64,000 nucleotides of DNA from assembly GCA_050084515.1 (NCBI GenBank), contig CM114271.1:27838001-27902000 (forward strand), read 5' to 3'. Below are positions 13,657-28,084 of this stretch, piece after piece. Within the stretch, counting starts at the first letter, position 1. Every line of letters starts with the position of its first letter. The stretch comes from Blasia pusilla. Taxonomy: Eukaryota. Both the position numbers and the translations under genes were made by a program. The notes beneath the pieces were generated by a model. That model had not been told where the DNA came from, ran no database searches, and was given only the letters and a program-made list of their open reading frames with translations.

Positions 13657-15379
13657 TATGTGAATATGTCAAAAGGGCATCCATATAAATTGCATGCAAG
13701 AGAATTTGAAAATGGACGTTCATATGCATAGAAAAAATTATTCATGTTTGTTGAGGAATGTTTTAATCCTTATAATACTTGCATAACTATTTACATAATA
13801 CATCTTACTATCCAAACCATAACCACAAGAACTGTTGCATATCCTTTTATTTTGGTGTGGACATAAAGTAACTATATGATTAAATACTTGAGAAAAAAAT
13901 GCAGTAAAATATATGGAAAGAAATTTACAAACATCTTAAGTACACTAGATCTACCACTAAATCAAATACAATCCTATAAGGGAGGATTTAAACGATCGTA
14001 TATTGATAAGGTGTCAAAAGAGATTTTGAAAATAGATCCTAGTCTTGCCATAAATTTGAGATTGAAAAAAGTTTGGATGATTGATATGTGTAGATTTTGT
14101 AAAGAATTATGTTTTCAAAGGTATTAAAGTTGGAAAATAAGCTTAAAAAATACGTGTTATGATTATGTCACTATGTTAACATATTTATGAAATTTAGTAA
14201 GAGCATAAAATATGCAAAATGAGATGGTGAAATTTTATTTTTTTTAAATTCCCCTTATATCTCTCTTGTTTTGAACCTTTCCCATTATCTCCAAATATAT
14301 ATGGATCCTTTCACATTCATATTCATGGTTCTATCTTGGTTGGTCACTAATTTGACACAACCTTTATCTTTTAAATAGAACCCATGGTAATAAAAAAATG
14401 GAAAATCTTCTCAAGTAAATTTTTTTTGAAAGTTGTGAATAAATTTTTTTCGTAAAACTATTTATCAATCCTTCGATCATGTTGAGTGCGACAACTTATA
14501 ATCTCGATGGGTATGTGTTTTGGAAATTTGATTTCAACTTCACTTAGCTACATATTATATAGGTTGTTAAGTTCCACCCTTGTATTCATACCAGAGCTCC
14601 TTGAGGCTCCAATCAATCCTCATTGGATGCCCATTTTGGAATCTTTAAACAAAGCTCTATGCATCAGACACATTCTAATCCCAATACATCTATTATTATT
14701 ATAAATATGGATAATAAATTTTGATAAGGGATGTTTTTTCAAGATCTTGAATGCTAAAAGTAGATATAGGAATTTACTATTCAAGTAAGGGGCGAGTCCT
14801 TTTTTTTATTATTCGAATTCGGATTTGGGTCACACACTAGACTTCATTAGATGAGATAAGTAAGAACTCTTAAGCAATGCACATGTTTCTCATGAACATG
14901 TGTTAAGTCTTCATTATGATCTACATAAATATAACTAGTATGCGGACTAGGGTTCGGGAAGAGGGTTCCGACGTGGGATCGAGAAGAGGGACGGAGGGTT
15001 TAGAGGGATAAAAGATGCATGAAGAAATTTCTGGAGACAACAAGAAATTAGGGAGAGAGAAACTGCGGGACACTAAGAGATGGAAGAAAACTGAGTGCAA
15101 CACAAAACTTCATTTTCCGCGAAGAAACTTCGGAAGAAGAAATACAACACGAGAGGAAAAATCATGGAGCCTAATTAATACTAACACGAGAGAGTAATTA
15201 GTTCGGAAAGGAAAAAACTCATCGTACGCCCATAATTTCACATTATATCTCATCGTACGGGTGAGGAATCTGCAAAAATAGCTTGTATTCTACAGCCGCC
15301 GTCGCTAGTCGGGTCTGTGGCAATGTCGTACCCTTTGAAAGGGCCAGGTCAAGAGGCCCTTTTGGCTCACGTCCATGAG

Positions 15380-18232
15380 CTAGGGGAAATGGAGATTCTT
15401 GCATAATGCTTGGTGGAGTTGTAGCAGAAGTCCGCCATACTCAGCCAATTCTCCCAATCTCGCTGGTCCGTGCTCACATAATTCCTCAAGTACTGGTTCA
15501 CGAAGGAGTTTACCTTTTCCGTTTGACCATCCGTCTACGGATGGAAGGTTGTGCTGAAACTCAACTTGGTCTTGAACCTCATGAACAAGTGTTTCTAAAA
15601 GGCACAAGTAAGCTTTGGATCCCGATCTGAAACAATACTCCTTGGCAATCCATGCGCACGCCACCAACTATCCAGGAAGAGTCGAGAAGTCGAATATGCC
15701 ATCGCTGAATCCATCATCGGCACGAATCTCCCCAACTTATTGAACCAATCAACTATCACAAGTATAGCGTTGTATCCCTCAGACTCTAGAAGACTCGTTA
15801 TGAAGTCCATACTCACACTCTGCAAGGGTCTGCCGAAATCGACAAATGATACAATAAGCCTTGTTTCTTCGCATAAGAAACCATGTTCGCCTGACAGGTC
15901 ACATAGGTCTTCACATATTGAGCAACATCCTCTTTCATGTTGGGCCAGAACAACCTCTTAGCCAGAACAACCAGCTTGGATTTCTCCCCTTTATGTCCTG
16001 CCAAGGGTCCGTCATGACATTCCACTAACACCTTGGTTTGTAGTCTACCTTCGCCCACATAGATCCTGCTCTGCTTGAACCTTAGCAAACCATGCCTCAA
16101 ACTTATTTTGGCCACCTTCTCGCCCTGCTTCAACTTCCTTAGGTACTCGCTCGCATGGGTGTCTTTCATGTATCCCTCACGAATCCTTCTTTCCACATTT
16201 GTTTCCTTAGAGAACATTTCTCTCAAGACCTGTGTTGTCGATGGCATGTCTTCATCCCTACGGCTCAACGCATCTGGAATGACATTATCCTTGCATGGCT
16301 TGTGGACCAATTCCAAATTCATCAACGCCAAGGTATCATGCCATTGTAGTTGTTTTGGTGTCACTGGATCCTTGGTCTCAAAATACTTGAGTGATACGTT
16401 ATCGATGAACACTCGAGTCACGTGAAGTCCCAAACAGTGACGCCACTTTCTCAAGCAATGGACCACCGCGAACAACTCTATCTCACGAGTGGGCCACCTC
16501 CTCTCGGTGTCGCTGAGCTTCTTGCTTTTGTACACTACAAGTCTTCCTTCATGTAACAACATTCTTGCAATCGTGAAATCACTAGCATCTGTATGCACCA
16601 AGAATGGCTTTTCGAACTCTGGCAGCTTCAGCACTAGCTCCTACGATAGGATCTCCTAGACTCGGTTGAACCCGTCATTTACTCCTAGGATCCATGTTGT
16701 GTTAGAGTACTTTCGGTCCAATCTGTGAGAGGTCTCAAAATACCCAAAAACTTCCTCACATAGGTTCGATAGAAGTGCACTACATTGATAAACCTCCTCA
16801 TTCCCTTCACTATGGAAGGCGGTTTCCACTCGGCCATGGCTTTCACCTTGTCCATATCTGGACTAACTCCATCTTCGCTAACCACGTGAACCAAGAACTT
16901 GATCTTGCGCAACCCGAACTCACTCTTGTCCATATTTGCGTACAACTTGTTCGCCCTTAGTTTCGACAACACCGCCCTCAAGTGTCAAGCGTGCTCTTCT
17001 AGTGACTTCGAATAGATGAGTAGATCAATTAATGTAGATGATCACGTACTCATCCTTCTCCTCGTGAAAAATGGAGTTCATCCATGTGGTGAACGTTGAA
17101 GGCGCATTACTTAGACCGAAGGGCATCACCACAAACTCGAACGAGCCATATCTCGTTCTACACGCTGTCTTTTCCACATCCCCTCCGGAAGTCCGAATTT
17201 GGTAATATCCCGACTTCAAGTCAATCCTACTGAAGTACTTTGCCCCTGACAGTCTATCAAAGAGATCATCAATCCTTGGAAGAGGGTAATGGTTTCTCAT
17301 AGTCACCTTATTCAACACACGATAATCCACATAGAGTCTCATCTTTCCATCCTTCTTCTTCACAAAGAGAACATGCGCTCCATCCGGTGACTTGCTGGTT
17401 CTAATGTAGCCTTTCTCTAAGAGCTCACTGAACTGCTTAACCAACTCCTCATGATTCAATCTGTATGGTGCCTTGGAAGGTGGTTGAGATCGGGGGATGA
17501 CCTGTATCTTATGATTGACTGTCCTATCCGGTGGCAACTCCTTCAGAAGTTCATTCGTCAAGACATCACTAAACTCCTTGACTACTCTCTATAGCAGTGA
17601 TGGGATTCCCCTCGAAGTCGCGTCTTGATCTCTGCACTTTTTTCCTGTGATGTACTCCGCTTGTCTCATTAAGCAAAGGAAGCCATCTTCCAACTCGATC
17701 AGACTCCTCCTCGTAATGGCGTTCTCACGGGCATCTCGCGAACCAATCTCACATGCAACCATTTTCCTTTCACTAAGACGCTCAACCTCAATGGCCTTTG
17801 TCTTTGCTCCACCTCATACGCATCCAAGAATAAGTTCCCCAAGACTCCGTCAATGCCATCCATCTTGCACACTGTGAAATTCACCTTCAACTCGAATACT
17901 CCGCATCCGATCGTCAAACCCAACACAAACTCGGAAGTTCAATATCGATGAGACTTGCCTCCGGCAAAGCCTACTCAAAAGGGCTCGTCCACCTTAGAGG
18001 TTGACAAACCCAACTCCTTCACAATTCTTGGGCTTAGGAAGGAATGCGAAGCACCTGTATCTTCGATCAACATCCTATCGTGATCAAGAATCTTGGATCT
18101 TAGGTACACCAAGTTGGGCGTCCTCTTGGTGACTTGAAGGAAGGTCTCCACACCTCCCGCCGACAAGTGCTTAGCATCCAATGCAATCATACTCCCATTA
18201 CTATCCTTTGTTTTGGAGCATCCTTTTGCCAT
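15380..18232 (-). pseudogene. pol: Gypsy pol: protease, RT, RNase H, integrase (broken by stops and frameshifts)
   Basis: Protease [19 protein letters not shown]...YPLPRIDDL...[10 protein letters not shown]; RNase H VHTDASDF...EIELFAVV; integrase CHDGPLAGH and SMDFIT...SIVSDRD. Confidence 0.92.
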
Positions 18233-19050
18233 GTGCCTAGGTTTGCCACAATTTTAGCATACCACCTTTCCGTTTCTTGACTTCGGATGATGTGCTCCCT
18301 TCGCCTTAGCATGGTGTTCATGTCGCTTTTCCAATAGGTTGAGAGACTCTCCTTGGTCCCGCTCAACCCCACTCCAGACTTTCTTGGATGCCCCTTTTTT
18401 TTCATACTTTTGGAAAAAAAAATTGTCTCAAAGGGCTTCGATGTTTGGACCCCATCGTCCCCAATCCGCTCCGCCACCCTCAACAGCTCCACGCAGGTGT
18501 TTGGAAACTCCGGCATCCTGTAGAGGGGCTTCTCTGCACTCGGTTTGAGTCCAGCAATGAAGATCACTATATGCGATGCCTCATCCATCTTAGGAATGGA
18601 GTTCATTTTCACGCTGAACTCCCTCACATAATCGCTCAAGGGCCCAATCTGCCGCAGTCGCACGAGCTCTACCCTATTGTGAATCTCTTGGTACTCTGGG
18701 GTGAATCGGTCACCAATCAGCGTCTTGAACTCCTCCCAATTGAGAGGTGAACCACAAGCTTGATATTCTTCTCGTTGTGTTGTCCACCACTGTAGTGCAT
18801 GATCCTTTAGAAAGGTGACCGCCACTGCCACCTTATCTTGTTCCGCTGCCCTCTGTGCCTCGAAGTAATATTCCATCTCCATAAGGAAATCTTTCACCTT
18901 GCGAGTGTGCCCCACTCCAGTGAATGGCATGGTAAGTTTGTCTTGTAGAGCTTTTTTCCAAAACTTGAAACTCGGTCTGACTTGAGCTCTACAATCCGCT
19001 TGTTTTTGCATGAAGACTTGCTTGGTCATCATCTTCATATAGTCCATCAT
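18187..19050 (-). pseudogene. gag: Gypsy gag (retrotransposon gag/capsid)
   Basis: FLMEMEYYFEA...KVAVAVTFLKDHALQWW...WEEFKTLIGDRF...LRQIGPLSDYVREF. Frameshifted near the zinc knuckle. Confidence 0.88.
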
Positions 19051-19401
19051 TTGGGCGTAGAAGGCTGGTTCACTTGAGTTTGGAGCCGCTGGTTATGCAA
19101 GAGGGTGTGTGTTTGGGACACCCTCATGTCTGGTGTTCGGCATCTCGAGAGTCGGCGTCTCATCCACCGGTTCCCGATCCGACATCTGTTCGTCTCGTAG
19201 TTCGCGTCGCTTGACTTGGAGTTTCCATTGTTCATCTCCCTTGGTTTCCATCTTCAAGCTGCCACACTCAGATCTCCTCCTTGTTTCTTGTGTCCCTCCT
19301 TGAGCGTCTTGGCCTCGCCGCTACCTTGGTTTTTCCCCAAGCGTCCGGTTGCTCCCACAACCCCAATTTCTCGCTCACCAAGGATTAGCTCTCATACCAC
19401 A

Positions 19402-20386
19402 TGTCATGCACCTACTCTCCTCGAACGTCAATCTCAATATTGGGGAAGCGTACGTTTAGTAGGACACGCTCTCATCGCCAACTTGCACCCAAACGCACCC
19501 ATGTTAGTGTGGCTTTGGGTCAAGCGGCTTTCCAAGTCCTCAACTCGGCATCTCATCAAGCTCAACCTTCCCTCATTCTTAGGTTCCCAACACGCGCAAG
19601 TCTTTCGAGACTTGGGATAGACTTTCTGGTTAGTCCAGGCACCTAAAATGGCGTTTCCATGCCTAGCGGTCCCAACTGTCCAGCGGACCTTGCATGAGCC
19701 CCAACCGAGACTCAACAATATGAGTCACAAGTTGGAATCCAATAGGGATCTCCGAAACCCACTCTATTGGACTAGGTTTGGGTTTTAATTCCCAACACCA
19801 AACTCCCGATCCGTTCCGTGCCCCTGAGTCACCCCACGGTGCCCCAAACTGAGGTTCGAGTCCCAAGTACTCTTGGATACCTTCACCCTTACTAGTACTT
19901 ATGGGAAAATCTGGGGCCCCTTACCTTTGGAAAAGAGCACCTGGGCCCCTCTTTTTGGCCCTCAACCTGACTCCTCTTACATTCAATTTTGGCCAATATC
20001 TCAGATTTTGCTAAGATTTTTAGTGTGTTGGGACCAACTTTGTATAAGCTTTCCAACGCAACTTTATTTGTCCCGGACGCATCTTAGGACTTAAAGTTAT
20101 GCTCAAAATTACAGTCGGAAACTCCCAAACGCCGCCCGCATCTCAAGTCTGTTCCTTACCCCCTTGGCCGCGTCTTGTCTAAGACTTGACTCCTCTCAAG
20201 TCTGAGTTCCCCATTTCATTCCGGTTTCCTGGTCGCGACCATAAATGCACGAAACACTCAAAACACTCGCCTCTCTTGCGTCTCGCCCTGTGTTTCCTTA
20301 ACTCCAAAACACAAACCATCCTAGCGTGAGCCCGCTAGAGTTCGGATGTTCCTCTTGGCGCTCCTTTGGCTACGAGGGTCGCGACA
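19402..20386 (-). repeat. 5' LTR (~985 bp) of the gypsy family
   Basis: Plus strand tgtcatgcacctactctcct...gagggtcgcgaca. Homologous to the solo LTRs at 21930 and 27082. Confidence 0.9.
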
Positions 20387-21929
20387 CTCGGGGCTCAACT
20401 ATGGTAGGGATCGTAAATATAAATATATAAAACCTTATTATTCCATTTTCCCCCTACTATATTAATGTAGAGAAGCAATATTAAATCTTCGATGAGTAAT
20501 TTGAATTTGCATAAGTAATTTTGAGCTAAGAGAGAAAATTATGAAGGGTGGAAGTTTTCTATTATGGAGGGTGGAGGCATGCGATATGGATTATATGGTA
20601 CCAAGATGTGGAAAAGATATTGAAAGCGTAGTTTATTTTAAATGTTTCATGCTCTTACGCTTTCAATCAACATTCCCATCCTTTTAATTTCCCAGTTTTA
20701 CTTCAAGTTTCTACAAAGTAGGTTTTGATTTATTGCATAAATTATTTTTTCAAAATATAATCATAAAAAATCATATAAATAAGGGGAAATTTTGTTAGCC
20801 ACACTAGAGAATTACACGATCTTCCTCCTCCTAAGCATACAAAAAAAGGACCACTATGAGTGTGAATGGGGTGATGGCGATAACAAGAATCAATATTATG
20901 GATGACTATTATGAAACTAACAACAAAATCTTGTGGTTGATTGATTGTATTGACGAAGGTTTGGTTTTTCTTCCCCACAAGGGAAGGGTGAAAAAATTGC
21001 TAGGGAGTTAGACCTCCATCCCTTTCCATAAGTCTCGTGATTATCCTCATCTGGAATACCTTCACCTCATATTCAAAGAAATATTTAATAGTTTGTTTGA
21101 TATGAAATCAAAAGGGATTGAACTATCATAGACGTATCTATGCTTCCTTCCTCCAATAATTATGCAGGGAGTTATTAATTTTATTTATTCAATTTGATGG
21201 AAGGAAAATTCCAGAATTTGAGTGGAAGAAGAAAGTATCAAAAATTATAATTTTGTCTCTTAATTCATGATTGATGGAAAGGGAAAATTAATTTTTATGT
21301 AGAAGGAATATCAAGATTGCATAAGGACAAAGTTTCTACACATGTGAGTCGACTTACGTTTGTTTTATAGAGGATTTTTTTGTATGGGCCCCATCTTCCC
21401 CTTCTTTCTCATCCCCCATCCCCAAACTTGCCTTCATGATCCCCACTTTATTGTTTCTTCCTCTTCCCACCTATATTTTGTCCCTCCTTATTGCCCTATC
21501 CGCCCTTGCCTTGCCTTCCACCATGAATTATAAAATGTTGGCCCCACCTTTTGCAATCCATGTCCGCAGACATGTCAACTTGGTTGTCAAAGGGAAGGAT
21601 TTGTCCATTTTTTTCAACCACGAGGAGTAGATATTTTTTAATTTTATGGAAAGGTAGAATAATTTAGGGGAATGGGATATATGCAAATTTTAGTTGAGGA
21701 ATGGACTTACTCAGAAGATTGGAATGTTATTATTCTTCTAGGATTTGAGAAAATATATATAATTTTTTAAATGAAAATTTTAATTATTAAAAATAATCAT
21801 TGTGTTAAATCATATTTGATGTATAGGGAAAGGAAAATGAATTTTAATGGGAAAAGGAAACTCATTTCATTCGTTCAAATTAAATAATAATTTGGTTAAT
21901 GGATATCATTTTGGTGGGAAGACCCGAAG

Positions 21930-22930
21930 TGTCGTGGCCCTACTCTCCTTGAAAGCCAATCTTTAGTGTTGTGGAAGCGTACGTTCAGTAGGACACGATC
22001 TCATTGCCGATCTACACCCAAACACGCACTCTCGTTAATCGGGTCCGGGCCAACCAGCGTTCCAACCCACCGAGTTCTTAACTCGGCGTCTCATCAAGCT
22101 CAACCTTCCATAATTCCTAGTTTCCAAAACATGGCAAGTCCTTCAAGACTTGGAACAGACTTCCTGATTAGTCTAGGAACTTAAAACGGCACTTGCGCGC
22201 CTAGCGATCCCAACTGTTCAACGGACCTCTTGCGAGTTCCAAACCGAGACCCAAGTAATTGAGTCGCGGGGTGAAATCCAAGAGGGATGTCTAAAATCGC
22301 CTCCGTAGACTTGGTTCAGGTTTTCCAACCCAACCCCAAACTCTCGATCCGTTCCATGCCCTTGAGCCGCCCCATGGCGCCCAAAGTGGGGTTCAAGTTC
22401 CAAGCACTCTCGGAGACCTTCCCCCTTACTAGTACTTCTGGGGTTCTCCAATAACCCCCCCCTTTGGAAAAGGAGGGTCGGGCCCTTCATTGTGGCCCTC
22501 AAACCGACTCCACTTACAATCGTTTCCGGGTTGTTTCTCAGCCGCTGCTTATGCGTTTGCAGAGATCTTTAGTGCGTTTGAACCGGCTTTCCATAAGCCT
22601 TCCAATGCACCCTTGTTTTATCCAAACGCATCTCGGCGCTAAAATTTATGGTTATAAATACAGTCAGAAACTCTCAAACGCTAGTGGCGTTCCAAATCCG
22701 GATTCTTCCTTTGGCAACCCACTTTCTAGACTCGACTCCTTTCAAGTCTTATTCCACGTTTGGTCCAGGTTTCTCGGTCGCGACCACAACATCTGAAACT
22801 CGAAGCCTCGCTTGCGCCTCGTCTCTTGTCTCTTCTTCGAGACTACTCCAACGCGCAAACCATCTTAGCGTAAGCCCGCTAATGTTCCGATGTTCCGCTT
22901 GACACTCTTTTGGTCATGAGGGTCGCGACA
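21930..22930 (-). mobile_element. Solo LTR of the same gypsy family
   Basis: TG...CA ends with a perfect 5-bp TSD CGAAG (21925-21929 and 22931-22935). Inserted in an AT-rich repeat. Confidence 0.93.
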
Positions 22931-25480
22931 CGAAGAGGAATAATAGGTAGTGTTCAAATATTTATGGCAGAGTGAAACTTTTTATGGGAGTTGGATATTA
23001 TTTAAAAGTGAAATATTATAGCTCTTTTAAGATTTAAATTTTTGAATTTAAATCTTAAATGAATATTTCTAAATTATTAAAAATCATTTTCATGATATTT
23101 GATTTAATGGAACATGCCTGGTGCAACATTCGCACAAAACCCAAGCTACCACTACCCTTGGCCAGAAGATTTTCAAAATTTATGTTTTGCTTTGAACTTT
23201 TCCCACTGAGAGTTATGAATTTCCGGAAAGTGGTTGGCCAGAAAAGGTGAGTACGAAAATATGCGGGTTCCTGATAATGTTTTGCCGAAAAATGGATGTT
23301 TGTGATTCCTAGTGGGAGTTCCCGACAGAGGATGCTTTTCTTAAATTGGAATACGTCTGTTGAAATTTTTGACTTCCGAAAATTTGAGAACTTGAGACTA
23401 AATGCCATGTGTCTAGTGGGAGTACTCACGAACCCACATCATCCACGTCAAGGCATCCAATTCCGAAGGTGGGAGATGGAACAACCAAATCCGAAGGTAG
23501 GAAAAGAAAGTAGTCCTAATCTGAAGATGGGAAGGAGCCCGTAGCAATGTAGCCGTGAGACCCTAAACGTGCCGACTCACCAGGGAGGGCGGAAGGGTTC
23601 GGACTCCCCATTCCGGGGTTTAGGGGGGATCTAGGTGGGCATTTGCACTCCTTGCTCTCACTTGCTCTCTTGGTCACTTTGTTCACTCTCTACTCTCTTC
23701 TTTACTCTCGCTACGTCGCACATTTGCAGCTCGTCACTTGTTTACTCTCGCTACGTTGCAGAGTGGCAGGTCGCCGCTGTCCACGTTGTAGGTCGCCACT
23801 CTTTTACTCTTGCTATATTGTAGATTTCAAGCTCACCGCTGCTCGTGACTCATGCTTTCACAAACTCTTAGCTTGCCGGCTCCTTGTTTTCTTTGCCTTG
23901 GACTCTTGAGATTAGACAAGTTCTCAAGTCCTAGCTCTCAGTTCTTAGCTAGCTCATCGGTTGCGTGTGACTTTGCCTTGGACTCTTGAGATTATACAAG
24001 TTCTTGGTTCTTAGTTCTCGATTCTCAGTTTGTAGTTGATTGTGCTTTCTCCCTAGAGATTGGACAATCTTCCTACTCATCCTTCATTTCAACTTACGCC
24101 ATTGTTGCTCCGTTTAAATCCACTCTCAGAGTGGACATTGTTAAGTTGTAGTGAGCCTAGGCTCTGTATGCTTTTGCTCTATGAGTCTATGTGCTCTCAC
24201 GTTGCCCTACGTTCTTCCACAACCCTACCCCAATCTACGTTTTTTGTGTATGCAATCCGATATTGCCCACTAATCTTGAATCTATAAGGGCTTTGTCACT
24301 TCTTAGTTGTCACGACTCCCTACTAACCGCCACGCTTGGTTGAGGGTTGTTTGCTTGTTGTTACTAGATCTTCCCTGGTCTCTCACTACCCAATGTGTAG
24401 ACCCAATGTATTGTCCATTGCTCTCAAGCCCGCACTTGCGCTAAGTGTAGCATTCACAGTCGAGCCTCAAAGAGTTTAGAACTTCAAGCCTTTAGGTTCC
24501 ATTCACACAAACCTATCCAAAAACCCAAGTTTTGCGACCATCATAACCAAAAAAACACCAAATAGGTGCCAAGCGGAACATCATAACTCTAGTGGACTCA
24601 CGTTGTGATGATCGCGCTTTAGAGAGACTTTTGGAAAAGTCTAAGAGACAAAACGCGGAACAGAGTTCTGCCTTTCATGCATTAGTGGTTGCAACCACAA
24701 AACCTAGAACAAATTCAAACCAAGACTTGAGTTGAGTTGAGTCTTGGAAGGTTGGTTGCCAAAGAGGTGAGAACCAGTTTTGGAACACGACTAGCGTTTA
24801 GGGAATTTGACTGTGTTTTGGTCCATAACGTTTAGCTCCAAGATACTTTTGAGACAAATAAGGGCGCGTTGGAAAGCTTATCTTAAGACGCTTCCAACGC
24901 ATTATAGATCTTAGAAAATGCATAAGTACAGGCTGAGATATTGGCTGAAAACAAATATCAGAGCAACCAGGTTGAGGGCCAATCTGAGGGGCTCGGCTGT
25001 CTTTCCCTAAAGTTAGGGGGACCCTAGAGATCCCCAATAGTACTAGTAAGGGGAGTCTCTCCAAAGATTCTCAAAATATGAACCCCACTTTGACACCAAA
25101 CGGCATCTCAAGGGCACAGGATGGAATGGGAGTTTGGCGTTGGAACTCGAAACCCAAACCTGATCCAAGGGAGTGGAATTTGTACGCCACACTTGGATTC
25201 CGACCCATGATTTATTTTGCGTGAGTCTCGATTAGGGACTCAGTGGATGTGCATTGGACAGTCGGACCCGCCACGTGCGTAAATGTTGTTTGAGGTTCTT
25301 GAACGGACCATAAAGTTTGTCTCAAGTCTTTCGAGACTTGCATGTGTTGTAAACCGCAAAACTAGGAAGGTTGAGCTTGATGTGAGGCCGAGTCAAGGAC
25401 TCGACAAGTAAGAACCTCAGATTGATCCAGACCCGTCTAACGTGAGTGCGTGTTTGGAAGCAGATCAATGTTGAGAGTGT

Positions 25481-26762
25481 TGTCGGGTCCAGAGCCTTTC
25501 TTTGAGTAAGGATGGATCTTCTAGCTGCATCAGACGTGGTTGATGCAAGTCAAACTCTATAAGAATTTCTACTTTTTTTTCAGTACAGAATTATTATGTA
25601 AACTCTCGATTCTCTTACGATAGGAATCACAAATGGTAGTGCCGAGGCGATCAATTCTTCGTAACAAGGAACCCTGAAATTCCTAACTATGAAATCCTTG
25701 TAAACTAATTACGTTTGTACACAAGGAAAATTGCACAACTAGTGTTAAACCCTACTCAAGCAGGCCTATTGACGTCCATGGATAACTATATAAGGACATA
25801 CAAAGTGCAATACCATGTCCTTCTGTACGTGAGTGTAGGAAGAATCATCGAAGTTGGAGATTGCATGAATTGATTCATGAACGCGTCCCCAAAGTGATAA
25901 ACTAGATAGCAAGTGAACTTGTGCCTATCTACGAAGAGAATCTTGACGTGGTACGGATTAAGGAAAGGAAAATTCCGCATCACTTGTGCTCCATCCCTAT
26001 CCATTCTTGACAAACATCCTCTACTCTCCTCTTCAATGGGATTTGGCGGCGTTGCTCTTCCAAGAGGGGTGATCCACTCTCTTTGGGAAAATAACAAGCC
26101 AAACCATCCTCTATTTCTAGTATGACTAAATTAATCTAAGGTGATAAGTCTCTCATCTCCACACATAGCACACTCTAGAAAACTCTTGAAAAATAGACCA
26201 AGGTCAAGTTACTCTCCCACGAGGGGTAATCCACTCTCATTGGAAGAGCAAGCAATCCCAAAGCCATACACTCAAGAGTGACACGAGAGATTCAAGATGT
26301 GAAGTAGAAGGTGATGAATCCTTGAAGGTCCCTCCTCTTTATATACTCACAAGGGATCCACAAGACTACGAAATAGGGCTAATCTTATCTTGTGCCACAT
26401 GGCTTCCTCTCAAGGCTTAGCAAATCACATTTTGACATAAGTAGATTACCTCTTATCTCTTCCAAAATATCCTCTTTTACTCCCTTAATATCTTCCAAAC
26501 TACCCCACCAACCCTAGCCACCAACCAAGATTGGTTTTGCTTTTGTTTTATTAAAATACCAACCCACTAATTTACTTTTCTAATCCCATCTTTTATTTAT
26601 CATCTCTTTTCCTAAAGTTGGGCTTGCGCAAATGAGTAATCCTAAAGAGGTTTAATCATGGGAATTTCATTTTTCTAGGCTAATTTATTTAATACTAATA
26701 AAACTCTCTCTAACACTTAATGATAGAGAAGTTTACATAACATGTGATTTTACTATACGACA
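25481..26762. mobile_element. 1.28-kb insertion, probable solo LTR of a different family
   Basis: Termini TGTCG...CGACA. It splits the host LTR cleanly. Flanks gtgt/acgt could be a decayed 4-bp TSD. Confidence 0.6.
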
Positions 26763-27081
26763 ACGTGACCTGCTGAGCGCACGCTTCCGCAACAACAAAG
26801 ATTAAGATTCAAGGAGGGTAGGCGCACGACACGTGGTATCAGAACAAATCCTTGGTGAGCGTGAACTTGGGATGGTATCAGAACGGGACGTTTGAGAAGA
26901 ACTCAAGCAAGGAGACCTCGACGCTTGAGGAGGAACGCAAGAGATACGGAGGAGATCTGAGAAAGCAAGGACTTGCAAATGGGGACCAAGGGCAAAGAAC
27001 CAAGGATGCCGTGAGTCAAATCAAAAAAGGAGAGAGAGAGGAATCAATGACTGACCATGAACTAGAGGAGGAGATAGCGAA

Positions 27082-28084
27082 TGTTGTGCGCCTACTCTCC
27101 TTGAACGTCAACCTTAGTGTTGCGGAAGCGTACGTTCTGTAGGAGACGCTCTCATAGCCAACCTGCACCCAAACGCACTCATGTTAGTCTGGATTTGGGT
27201 CAAGCAGCCTTCCAACCCACCGAGTCCTCAACTCGGCATCTCATCAAGCTCAACCTTCCCTCATTCGTAGGTTCCCAACACGGCAAGTCCTTCAAGACTT
27301 GGAACATACTTTCTGGTTAGTCCAGTAACCTAAAATGACACTTGCGTGCCTAGCGGTCCCAACTGTTCAACGGACCTCGTGCAAGTTCCTAAGCGAGACC
27401 CAAGTAATCGAGTCGCGGGTTGGAATCCAAGAGGGATCTCTAAAATTCACCTCAATAGACTTCGTTCAGGTTTTCAAGCCCAACTCCAAACTCCCGATCC
27501 GTTCCATGCGCTTGAGCGGCCCCATGGCGCCCAAAGTGGGGTTTGAGTCCCAAGCACCCTTGGAGACCTTCCTTCCTTACTAGTACTTATGGGGATCTCC
27601 ACTAACCCCCCACTTTTGGAAAAGGATGGTCGGGCCCTTCATTGTGGCCCTCAACCCGACTCTACTTACAGTTGTTTTCAGGTCGCTTCTCAGCCCCTAC
27701 TTGTGCGTTTGTGGAGATCTTTAGTGCGTCTAAACCAGCTTTCTATAAGCTTTCCAACGCATTCTTCTTTGTCCCAAACGCATCTTGGAACTAAAATTTA
27801 TGGCTATAAATACAGTTGGAAACTCTCAAACGCTAGTGGCATCCCAAATCCGGATTCCTTCCTTTGGCAACCCAATTCCTAGACTTGACTCCTCTCAAGT
27901 CTTGATCCGCGTTTGGTCCAGGTTTCTCAATCGTGACCACAACATATGAAACGCGAAGCCTCGCTTGCGTCTCGTCTCTTTTCTCTTCTCCAAGATCACT
28001 CCAACGTGCAAACCATCTTAGCCTGATCGCGCTAGTATTCCGATGTTCCGCTTTGGCACTCGTTTGTTCATGAGGGTCGCGACA
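27082..28084 (-). mobile_element. Solo LTR of the gypsy family, nested antisense in the second copy
   Basis: TG...CA ends, about 1003 bp, flanks gcgaa/gcgac (4 of 5 TSD match). Confidence 0.9.

Larger units (their letters stand above)
15380..20386 (-). mobile_element. Ty3/gypsy LTR retrotransposon (chromovirus-like branch), 3'-truncated and degenerate
   Basis: 5' LTR 19402-20386 (TG...CA), then PBS tggtatgagagc (tRNA-iMet type, 19388-19399), then gag, protease, RT, RNase H and integrase in gypsy order. No 3' LTR was found. Confidence 0.92.
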
